This document shows, in pieces, positions 1 to 11,900 of a stretch of DNA of 64,000 bases. Position numbers and translations under genes: made by a program. How positions within the stretch are numbered: the stretch's first letter is position 1; each line of letters opens with the position of its first letter. The DNA is from Torpedo marmorata (Eukaryota). Where the stretch lies: positions 32,736,001 through 32,800,000 of the forward strand of contig OZ360230.1 of NCBI GenBank assembly GCA_977017645.1, read 5' to 3'. The notes under the pieces were generated by a model. The model was not told the DNA's origin. It saw only the letters and a program-made list of their open reading frames with translations, and searched no databases.

Positions 1-1
1 G

Positions 2-1125
2 CCCTCCGATGCTCTATCCCGGGGGACGTGCGCTAGCGCACAGATCGACCGGTTATATGCCCTCCACTGTGACCTCTGCCACCCCGGAGCTACCAGGCTG
101 TTTCACTTTGTGAAGGCCCGTAATCTACCGTACTCCCTAGAAGAGGTCAGGGCGATGACCAGCAGCTGCCAAGTCTGCGCGGAGTGCAAACCGCACTTCT
201 ACCGCCCTGACAGGGCACAGTTAGTTAAGGCAACCCGCCCTTTCGAGCGACTCAGCGTCGACTTCAAGGGCCCCCTCCCCTCCACCGCAACGTGTACTTC
301 CTCAACATCATTGATGAGTACTCGCGGTTCCCCTTCGCCATCCCCTGCCCCGATACCTCGGCCACCTCCGTCATAAGAGCTTTTCGCAAACTCTTCACTC
401 TGTTCGGTTTCCCCCGTTACATCCATAGCGACCGGGGGTCTGCATTCATGAGCGACGAGCTGCGACAATATCTGCTGGAAAAGGGGATCGCCACTAGCAG
501 GACCACGAGCTACAATCCTCGGAGTAACGGCCAGGTGGAAAGAGAGAACGCCACAGTCTGGAAGGCCGCTCTCTTAGCACTTAGCTCTTAGGGACTCCCA
601 CTCTCCCGCTGGCAAGAAGTCCTTCCCGAGGCCCTCCATTCCATCCGGTCCCTGCTATGTACGGCCACCAATGCGACTCCTCATGAGAGACTCTTTTCTT
701 TTCCCAGGAAGTCGACCACCGGGACTACCTTACCAGCATGGCTGACGACCCTAGGGCCAGTGCTGCTCCGCAAACATATCAGGAGCAATAAATACGCCCC
801 AATGGTCGAGAGGGTCCAGTTAGCCCACGCAAACCCCCAGTACGCCTACGTGGTCTTCCCTGATGGGCGGGAAGACACCGTCTCCATCCGGGACCTGGCG
901 CCCGCAGGAGCACAGGAACCCGCTCCCGAACACCCCCTTGGTATGATTACCCCCGTTCAAACAGTCAGTCCCGCCACGACACCACAATCACCAGCACTTT
1001 CGCCGTCACCCGGCGTTCCGGTACCCCAAACCAGGCAGGAGGTGGCTCCGCCGCCTGCCCCATCACCACAAGTACTGCGCCGATCACAACGTCAGATTCG
1101 ACCACCAGATCGGCTTGAGCTATGA
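2..1125 (+). pseudogene. Retrotransposon pol integrase domain, disrupted
   Basis: Frameshift near 285 (ORF 110..376 to ORF 292..591). In-frame TAG at 589-591, after which the same frame continues GLPLSRWQEVLPEALHSIRSLLCTATNATPHERLF into ORF 760..1125. Confidence 0.88.
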
Positions 1126-1197
1126 CTGTATATATGTTAGATGTGTTGTAGTGTTCACTTCACCCCGCTGGACTCTTTTTTTAAAAGGAGGGGTGAA

Positions 1198-1432
1198 TGT
1201 GGTAAACCACTGTATATATGTATTGTGGGCTGGTGATAAGTCTGGACATGCCCTGCTGACTGTCCCGGTGGCTCCTCCCACTACCTCCCTTGAATAAAGG
1301 CCATTGTGCCACAACTCCTACCCCAGTCCGGGACAGATCATCAGCATGAATGTAGGTCCATTCTGTAGTCAATAAAAGCCTTTCAGTTCTAGTACAACTT
1401 CCAGTCTTTTGGAGTTATTGATGGGCGTATCA
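1198..1432 (+). repeat. 3' LTR (235 bp)
   Basis: Begins TGTGG just after the PPT and ends ...GTATCA. Contains two AATAAA (~1293, ~1371). Followed directly by GGCATGGAATACATTG, which matches the D-to-A intron of the array unit. Confidence 0.85.
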
Positions 1433-1999
1433 GGCATGGAATACATTGTAAGAGTAAAAATATTGTCTCGTTCACGTAATCTCTGGTGGACTTATGCAAG
1501 GTGAGAGACCTGACTGTCATCAGAAAGGATCATCGAGTCAGGCTCATGCCCTGATGAAATGACAGTTGCATCCAAGTTTTGATTGAAGGAAATTACTGGG
1601 AAATTAATCCTCAAGTGTCAGTTGGGAAAATCAGTGTTTAATAAATACATTTTTCAACTTCAAAAACCAAAAGTTGATTGAAATGTTCATGCAGATTTCT
1701 TGGAATTCACTTCAACAGGTTTCTATTTTTTACTGAGGCAAAAAGGGTAAACGTTTGGTGCATATTACTTAGAACAAATTTCAACCATCGCTCGAGGCTG
1801 ATAGTTATCAACCTCATGTTGATCCTGACTCTAATTTGTCAGGATGCAACATATAATGTTCAATACTGGCTTAGAATTTATTTTCCTTCATTTCATGCTT
1901 ACCTCTGTAATTTAACTGCATTATCATAAAATAAGAAATTTTATTGTATCCAGATAATTGTTACCTTTAACATCCACGCATGCCTGAATTTATTTTCAG

Positions 2000-4900
2000 T
2001 CTCAGAAACAAGCACGGCCACCACTGGCCCTTCTACCACTCCAGGCACAAGCAGCGAGACAACAGGTACAATCATGCACCATATACGTATCCACCGTTCG
2101 GTCTTCTCTCCCAGTCAATATTTCCTATTGATGCAAATTAAAAACAGTAGCAATGCCTGATGTTTAAAGCTGAAAAGATTCTTCATCATGGCTAAACACA
2201 GTTCCATTCTGTGATTCAATAAAAAATTGCACAGATAAAGCAGATTTAAGAAAAATAATCAGATGCCCAGCAAGATGAAAATCTAATTGTATATTTGTCC
2301 AGTCATGTCTCTACGTCAACTAACATAATGATTCGACAACAATACCTTTGCCATGTCTGTGACGAATTCAAATGTCAAAAGGGGCTTCACATTAAGAACT
2401 AAACATCAGGCTGCAGCGATTGGAGCCAAATATACAATTAATTAGTGTTCTATTTTTTATTTTCAAATTCTTTGCTGTCAGCTAAAATAATGTTGCCATT
2501 AAAATCTATTCAATGGCTTATCAAGGACTGATGCACAAGTAGGTAACTGTGTAAAGTTCACAATTTTGCCCAACTATTCATTCATCACTTGCTGTGACAT
2601 GGAACCTTCTTCACTTTGAAAATAATCAACAGTCACAAGGTATCCCTTGCAACATTGCTATTACACGAACTATTTGACATAAGAAAGGAAATAACATTAA
2701 TTCATTGTTACATCGTCTGTTTAAACCATGTATTAGAGCAGCTTGAACATGCTCTGATGTATTTTAACTAAATGCAATGTGTATCTATTTAAAGGAACTC
2801 TATCTACAACCACAGAAGGTAGTACCTCCTCAGTGGAAAGTACAACTTTCAACTTTTCAACAACAGAGCCAACATCAACGTTGACAGGTAACATTAATGG
2901 GCACCGAGTCTTTGTATGTTGGCAGGAATGAGTTACAAATTGTAAAAATCTACCTCCAATTAGATGTATTATTGGAGTATTGTCCAAGGCTGCATGTCAT
3001 CAGAAAGGTTAAACTGTTCAAAGTCATTCCCGTATGGAAATTCTGTAGTGCGAAATGTTCTGATCAATATAAATTATGTGGATATTAATGCTCAGGGGGC
3101 TTAGGTTGCATCCCTGCGTGATGAATTCCATGTGAAGTCGTATACTTCAGAGCAGTCACTTCAACAGGATGGAATGAATTGAGGGATTAACGATAAACAT
3201 TCATTGTACAAGTACAAGAAAATATTCCAATCAATCTTAAAAACTAGCAATCAACTGAATGGTGACTCCTATTTGACAGGATGTCACACTTTATTTTCAA
3301 TTATTGGTAACCATTTCTTCTTCTCAGTTTCATTTCCCTGTCAGAAATGTAAGTGCTCCGTTGTATAATAAGCTGTTTCATTACATCCAGAGAGTCAACT
3401 TGACTTTAACATCAGCACGTTTTGTCTTCATTTTCAGTATCAGAACAAAGCACGACCACCCCGGCTCCTTCAACCACCTCTGCTACAAGTAGTGAAACAG
3501 CAGGTAGATTTATACATCAAAAGTATCAATACAATACAATGCAAATATAACAGTGACTTTTTAGGGGCTTCCAGATAGACGTGTGAATATACGGGGAAAA
3601 ACGAGCTGAGTAACATTGCAATCACTAGGGATTTTGGAAAATTAGGCATATCAGGTTTATCGCCAACATTATGAGACCTGGGTCCGATTCCGGTGCAGTT
3701 CTGTTCTATTGTCCAGGTTCCCCACAGTCATGTATTCTCTCAATTCAAGTGATGATTGGAGATGCTTGATAAATTTCTATTCAGATTTCTGAATTGCTGA
3801 AAAAATCATGTTATCTTCATAGTTCCATGCACTGAATCAGTGAACTATTCCGTAGATATGGCGTATTAGAGCAAAGATTTTTTTCTTAAAAATAACCATT
3901 GGTCTTGCAAGGTTAGACCACGTGTGAATTTGCATTTTTTATGTCTACACATTATAAAATCTATCTATTAAAATAAAAATGGCTTTGCCGTTGCTGTGAA
4001 GCATTCAAATAACAACATTGCCCTGCTCACTCAAATAACCAAACAGATTTTCAACATAATCAAATGAATATTAAGCTGTAGTCACTGCTGTCATATATGC
4101 ATTCACTTTCTGGCTCTAATATCCTTTTTCAAACACATTCTTCTCTTGTAAAATCCAGATACTTTTGAAATCTAACAAATAATTCATCAATGGATAACCA
4201 ACAAATCAATATCCATGCCAAGTCTACAACTTTTACCTTTAACTATTCATTGATATTTCATGGACGTTTCTTCAAGATAAATAAACATGCAGTTCCATGA
4301 CATCAGTTGCTAACTATGTTATTACATTCTAAAATACTTGGCATAAGAAAGGAAATGAAAGTAAATTGAATAGAGATCTGACTTCCAGGATCGTTGAATC
4401 TAAGTCTAGAACATAGAAGCTAGAACATAGAACAATTCAGCACAGTACAGGCCCTTCGGCCCTCGATGTTGTGCTGACCCACATATTCCTTCCTAAAAAA
4501 AAAGCACTAAACCCTCCCTACCCCATAACCCACTATTTTCCTTTCATCCAAGTGTCTGTCTAAGAGTCTCTTAAATTCCCCCAATGTTTCAGCCTCCACC
4601 ACCATCCCCGGCAAGGCATTCCAGGCACCCATAACTCTCTGTGTAAATAAACCTACCCCTGATGTCTCCCCTAACGTGGACAATGTGGACAGGCTTTTAT
4701 CATTTAAAGTGGGGAAGATTCAAACAAGGGGGCATGGATTGAGATTGAAGGGGTAAAAGTTTAGAGGAAACATGAGGGGGAATTTCTTCACTCAGAGGTT
4801 GGTGGGAGGGTGGAACGACCTTCCGGCCAAAGTGGCAGATGCAGGTTCAATTTCAATTTTTAAGGAAAAGTTGGATAGGTATATGGACGAGAGAGGTTCG

Positions 4901-5914
4901 GAGGGTTATGGGCCAGGTGCGGGTCAGTGGGACGAGTTGGGAGAAGGTGTTCGGCACGGACTAGAAGGGCCGAACCGGCCTGTTTCTGTGCTGTAAGTGT
5001 TATATGGTTATATGGTTATATAAACCTCCCTCCCTTAACTTTGTACATATGTCCTCTGGTGTTTGCTGATCCTGCCCTGGGAAATAGGTGCTGGCTCTCC
5101 ACCCTATCTATGCCTCTCATAAACTTGTAGGCCTCTATCAAGTCTCCTCTCATCCTTTTACGCTCTAAAGAAAAAAATCCCAGCTCTGCTAACCTTGCCT
5201 CATAAGACTTGTTTCCCAATCCAGCCAACATCCTGGTAAATTTCCTCTGCACCCTCTCCATTGCTTCCACATCCTTCCTATAATTGGGTGACCAGACTGA
5301 ACAAAATACTCTTAAGTGTGTTCTTACCAAAGATTTGTAGAGTTGCAACACAACCTCTCTACTCCTGAATTCAATCCCCCTATTAATGAATCCCAGCATC
5401 CCATAGGTCTTTTTAACTATCCTGTCAACCTGTGCGGTGACCTTGAGGGATGTATGGATTTTCACCCCAAGGTCCATCTGTTCATCCACACTCTGAATGA
5501 ACCGACCATTAACCCTCTACTCAGCCTTCTGGTTTGTCCTTACAAAATGCATCACCTCTCACTTATCTGCATTGAAATACATCTGCTACGTTTCTGCCCA
5601 ACTCTGAATCCTGTCTATATCCTCTTGTAACCTTCGACAACCTTCAGCTCCATCCACAACTCCTCCAACCTTCGTGTCATCCGCAAACTTACTGACCCAT
5701 CCTTCCGCCTCTTCATCCAGGTCATTTATAAAAAAAAACAGAGCAGTGGTTCCAGAACAGATCTAATAGCAGCTTTCCATGCCTCTATGTATTTTAACAA
5801 TAATGTTTCACATATTTCAAGGAACTACATCTGTGAAAACAGAACGAATTAACTCCACAGAGCAAATTACATCTTTGACCACTTCTACAACAGAGTCAAC
5901 ATCATTTGTCACAG
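2000..5914 (+). CDS. Mucin unit 1 exons: A 2000-2065, B 2795-2887, C 3438-3503, D 5822-5914
   Basis: ttttcag/TCTCAG..ACAG/gtac; tttaaag/GAACTC..ACAG/gtaac; ttttcag/TATCAG..GCAG/gtag; tttcaag/GAACTA..ACAG/gtaac. Most divergent unit. Confidence 0.85.
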
Positions 5915-8900
5915 GTAACATCAATAATAACCTGCTACTCCAATTGTTGGCATGGAATACATTGTAAGTGTAAAAATATTGTCTCGTTCACATAATTACT
6001 TGTGGAGTTATGCAAGGCGAGAGACCTGACTGTCATCAGAAAGGATCATCGAGTCAGGCTCATGCCCCGATGAACTGACAGTTGCATCCAAGTTTTGATT
6101 GAAGGAATTTACTGGGAAATTAATCCTCAAGTGTCAGTTTGGTAAATCAGTGTTTAATAAATACATTTTTCAACTTCAAAAACCAAAAGTTGATTGAAAT
6201 GATCATGCAGATTTCTTCGCATTCACTTATACCTGTTGCCATTTTTGCTGAGGCAAAATGGGTAAGCATTTGGTGCATATTACTAAGAACAAATTTCAAC
6301 CATCGCTCGAGGCTGACAGTTATCAACCTCATGTTGATCCTGACTCTAATTTGTCAGGATGCAACATATAATGTTCAATACTGGCTTAGAATTTATTTTC
6401 CTTAATTTCATGCTTGCCTCTGTAATTTAACTGCATTATCATATAATAAGAAATTTTATTGTATCCAGAAAATTGTTGTCTTTAACATCAACGCATGCCT
6501 GAATTTATTTTCAGTCGCAGAAACAAGCACGGCCAACACTGCCCCTTCTACCACTCCAGGCACAAGCAGCGAGAAAACAGGTACAATCATGCACCATATA
6601 CGTATCCACCGTTCGGTCTTCTCTCCCAGTCAATATTTCCTCTTGATGCAAATTAAAAACAGTAGCGATGCCTGATGTTTAAAGTTGAAAAGATTCTTCA
6701 TCATGGCTAAACACAGTTCCATTCAGTGATTCAATGAAAAATTGCACAGATAAAGCATATTTGCGACAGCAGATTTAAGAAAAATAATTAGATGCCCAGC
6801 AAGATGAAAATCTAACTGTAAATTTGTCTTGTCGTGTCTCTACGTAAACTAACGTAATAATTCGTCAACAATACCTTTGCCATGTCTGTGACGAATTCAA
6901 ATGTCAAAAGGGGCTTCACATCAAGCACTAAACATCAGACTGCAGTGATTGGTGCCAAATACACAATCATTTACACGCTCTATTTTTTATTTTCAAAATC
7001 CTTGCAGTCAGCTAAAGTAATGTTGCCATTAAAATCTATTCAATGGTTTATCAAGGACTGACGCACAAGTAGGTAACGGTGAAAAGTTCACAATTTTCCC
7101 CAACTATTCACTCATCACTTGCTGTGACATGGAACCTTCTTCACTTCGAAAATAATCAACAGTCACAAGGTATCCCTTGCAACATTGCTATTACACAAAC
7201 TATTTGTCATAAGAAAGGAAATAAAATTAATTCACTGTTACATCGTCTGTTTAAACCATGTATTAGAGCAGCTTGAACATGCTCTGATGTATTTTAACTA
7301 AATTCAATGTGTATCAATTTAAAGGATCTCTATCTACAACGACAGAAGGAAGTACCTCCTCAGTGGAAAGTACGACTTTCAGCTCTTCAACAACAGAGCC
7401 AACATCAACGTCAATAGGTAACATCAATGGGCACCGAGGAGTTGTATGTTGGCAGGGATGAGTTACAAATTGTAAAAATATACCTCCAATCAAATATGTG
7501 CTTGGTGTATTGTCCAAGGCTGCATGTCAACAGAAAGGTTAAACTGTTCAAAGTCATTCCCGTATGGAAATTCTGTGGTGTCAAATGTTCTGATCAATAT
7601 AAATTATGTACATATTATTGCTCAGGGGGGCATAGGTTGCACCCCTGCGTGATGAATTCCATGTGAAGTCGTATATTTCAGAGCAGTCACTTCAACAGGA
7701 TGGAATGAATTGAGGGATTAACGATAATCATTCATTGTACAAGTACGAGAAAATATTCCAATCAATCTTAAAAACTAGCAATTATCTGAATGGTGACTCG
7801 TATTGGACAGGATGTCACACTTTATTTTCAAATATTGGTTACCATTTCTTCTTCTCAGTTTCATTTCCCCTTCAAAAATGTAAGTGCTCTGTTGTATAAT
7901 AAGCTGTTTCATTACATCCAGAGAGTCAACTTGACTTTAACATCAGCACGTTTTGTCTTCATTTTCAGTATCAGAACAAAGCACGACCACCTTGGCTCCT
8001 TCAACCACCTCTGCTACAAGTAGTGAAACAACAGGTAGATTTATACATCAAAAGTATCAATACAATACATTGCAGATATGACAGTGGCTTTTTAGGGGCT
8101 TCCATATAGACGCGTGAATATACAGGGAAAAACGGGTTAAGTAACATTGAAAACACGAGAGATTTTGGAAATTTAGGCATCAGGTAAATTGCTGACATAA
8201 TGAGACCTTGGGCCGATTCCGGTGCAGTTCTGTTCTATTGTCCAGGTTCCCCACAGTCATGTATTCTCTCAATTCAAGTGATGATTGGAGATGCTTGATA
8301 AATTTCTCTTCAGATTTCTGAACTGTTGATGAAAATCATGTTCACTTTATAGTTCCATGCACTGAATCATTGAACTATTCCGTAGATATGGCATATTTGA
8401 GAAAAAAAAACTCTTAAAAATAACCATTGGTCTTGCAATACGAGAACACGTGCGAATTTGCATTTTTTATGCCTCCACATTATAAAATCTAACTATTAAA
8501 ATAAAAATGGCTTTGCCGTCACTGTAAAGCGTTCAAATAACAAAATTGCCCAGCTCACTCAAATTAACAAGAAGAATTCAACCTAATCAAATGAATATTA
8601 AGCTGTAGTCACTGCTGTCATATATGCATTCACTTTCTGGCTCTAACATCCTTTTCAAACACATTCAACTCATGTAAAATCCAGATAATTTTGAAATCTA
8701 ACAAATAATTCATCAATGGACAACCAACAAATAAATATCGATGCCAATTCTACAACTTTTACCATTAACTATTCATTGATATTTCATGGAGGTTCCCTTC
8801 AAGATAAACATGCAGTTCCATGACATCAGTTGCCAACTACGTTATTGCATTCTGAAATACTTGGCATCTGAAAGGAAATGAAAGTAATTTGAATAGAGAT

Positions 8901-11900
8901 CTGACTTCCAGGATTGTTGAATCTCTGTCTAGAACATAGAAGCTAGAACATAGAACAATTCAGCACAGTACAGGCCATTCGGCCCTTGATGTTGTGGCAA
9001 CCCACATATTCCTAAATAAATAAAAAATACTAAACCCTCCCCACCCTATAACCCTCTATTTCTCTTTCATCCATGTGTCTGTCCAAGTGTCTTTTAAATT
9101 GCTCCAATGGTTCAAAATCCACCACCATTCCCTGTAATGCATTACAGGCACCCACAACTCTCTGTGTAAAAAACGTACCCCTGATGTCTCCCCTAAACTT
9201 CCCTCCATTAACTTTGTACATATGTCCTCTGGTGTTTGCAGATCCTGATCTGGGAAACAGGTGCTGGCTGTCCACCCTATCTATGCCTCTCATAATCTTG
9301 TAGACCACCATCAAGTCTCCTCTCATCCTTCTGCACTCCAAAGAGAAAGGTCCCAGCTCTGCTAACCTTGCCTCAATAGACTTGTTTCCCAATCCAGCCA
9401 ACAATCTGGTAAATTTCCGCTGCACCCTCTCCATAGTTTCCACATATTTTCTATAATCAGGTGACCAGAACTGAACACAATACTGACCAAAGATTTGTGG
9501 AGTTACAACATGACCTCTCTACTCCTGAATTCAATCCCCCTAATAATGAATCCCAGCATCACATATGCCTTTTTAAATATCCTGTCAACCTGTGCGGCGA
9601 CCTTGAGGGATGTATGGATTTGTACCGCATGGTCAAAATGTTCATCCACACTCTTAAATATCCAACCATTAACCCTGTACTCAGCATTCTGATTTGTCCT
9701 TCCAAAATGCATCACCTCACACTTATCCGGATTGAAATCCATCTGCCACTTTTCTGCCCAACTCAGCATCCTGTCAAAATCCTCTTGTAAACTTCGACAA
9801 CCTTCAGCTCCATCTACAACTCCTCCAACCTTCGTGTCATCCGCAAACTTACTGACCCATCCTTCCGCCTCTTCATCCAGGTCATTTATAAAAATCACAA
9901 AGAGCAGGGGTCCCAGAAAAGATCTAATAGCAGCTTTCCATGCCTCTATGTATTTTAACAATCATTTTCACATATTTCAAGGAACTACATCTGTGACAAC
10001 AGAACCAAGCACCTCCACCGAGCAAATTACATCTTTGACCACTTCTACAACAGAGTCAACATCATTTGTCACAGGTAACATCAATAATAACCTGCTACTC
10101 CAATTGTTGGCATGGAATACATTGTAAGAGTAAAAATATTGTCTCGTTCACGTAATCTCCTGTGGAGCTATGCAAGGCGAGAGACCTGACTTTCATCAGA
10201 AAGGATCATCGAGTCAGGCTCATGCCCCGATGAACTGACAGTTGCATCCAAGTTTTGATTGAAGGAATTTACTGGGAAATTAATCCTCAAGTGTCAGGTG
10301 CGAAAATCAGTGTTTAATAAATACATTTTTCAACTTCAAAAACCAAAAGTTGATTGAATTGATCATGCAGATTTCTTCGCATTCACTTATACCTGTTGCC
10401 ATTTTTTGCTGAGGCAAAATGGGTAAGCATTTGGTGCATATTACTAAGAACAAATTTCAACCATCGCTCGAGGCTGACAGTTATCAACCTCATGTTGATC
10501 CTGACTGTAATTGGTCAGGATGCAACATATAATGTTCAATACAGGCTTAGAATTTATTTTCCTTAATTTCATGTTTGCCTCTGTAATTTAACTGCATTAT
10601 CATATAATAAGAAATTTTATTGTATCCAGATAATTGTTGCCTTTAACATCCATGCATGCCTGAATTTATTTTCAGTCTCAGAAACAAGCACGGCCACCAC
10701 TGCCCCTTCTACCACTCCAGGCACAAGCAGCGAGACAACAGGTACAATCATGCACCATAAACGTATCCACCGTTCGGTCTTCTCTCCCAGTCAATATTTC
10801 CTCTTGATGCAAATGAAAAACAGTAGCGATGCCTGATGTTTAAAGCTGAAAAGAATCTTCATCACGGCAAAACACAGTTCCATTCAGTGATTCAATGAAA
10901 AATTGCACTGATAAAGCATATTTGCGACAGCAGATTTAAGAAAAATAATCAGATGCCCAGCAAGATGAAAATCTAACAGTAAATTTGTCTTGTCGTGTCT
11001 CTACATAAACTAACGTAATGATTCGAGAACAATACCTTTGCCATGTCTGTGACGAATTCAAATGTCAAAAGGGGCTTCACATGAAGCACTAAACATCAGA
11101 CTGCAGTGATTGGTGCCAGATACACAATCATTTACACGCTCTATTTTTTATTTTCAAAATCCTTGCAGTCAGCTAAAGTAATGTTGCCATTAAAATCTAT
11201 TCAATGGTTTATCAAGGACTGACGCACAATTAGGTAACGGTAAAAAGTTCATAATTTTCCCCAACTATTCACTCATCACTTGCTGTGACATGGAACCTTC
11301 TTCACTTCGAAAATAATCAATAGTCACAAGGTATCCCTTGCAACATTGCTATTAAACAAACTATTTGTCATAAGAAAGGAAATAAAATTACTTCACTGTT
11401 ACATCGTCTATTTAAACCATGTATTAGAGCAGCTTGAACATACTCTGATGTATTTTAACTAAATTCAATGTGTATCAATTTAAAGGATCTCTATCTACAA
11501 CGACAGAGGGAAGTACCTCCTCAGTGGAAAGTACGACTTTCAGCTCATCAACAACAGAGCCAACATCAACGTCAACAGGTAACATCAATAGGCACCGAGG
11601 CTTTGTATGTTGGCAGGGATGAGTTACAAATTGTAAAAATATACCTCCAATCAAATATGTGCTTGGTGTATTGTCCAAGGCTGCATGTCATCAGAAAAGT
11701 TAAACTGTTCAATGTCATTCCCGTATGGAAATTCTGTGGTGTGAAATGTTCTGATCAATATAAATTATGTACATATTAATGCTCAGGGGGGCATAGGTTG
11801 CATCCCTGCGTGATGAATTCCATGTTAAGTCATATACTTCAGATCAGTCACTTCAACAGGATGGAATGAATTGAGGGATTAACGATAATCATTCATTGTA

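Larger units (their letters stand above)
1..1432 (+). mobile_element. Gypsy/Ty3-type LTR retrotransposon, 3' part (integrase, PPT, 3' LTR), defective, intronic
   Basis: Integrase motifs: zinc finger (CHPG...CQVCAEC), VDFKGPL, IIDEYSRF, IHSDRG, YNPRSNGQVER. Polypurine tract AAAAGGAGGGG at ~1183-1193, then a TG...CA LTR. Host array sequence resumes at 1433. Confidence 0.92.

Noticed and set aside
4398-5766. ATCTAA on both sides of the CR1 as a target-site duplication
   Set aside because: Too short, offset from the apparent tail, and not conserved across units.
7079-8198. Repeated short ORFs (MKSSQFSPT..., MDNTPSTY..., MGTEELYV..., MVTRIGQD..., MSAIYLMP...)
   Set aside because: Intronic, antisense or off-frame readings that recur only because the DNA is tandemly duplicated; stops and frameshifts vary among units.
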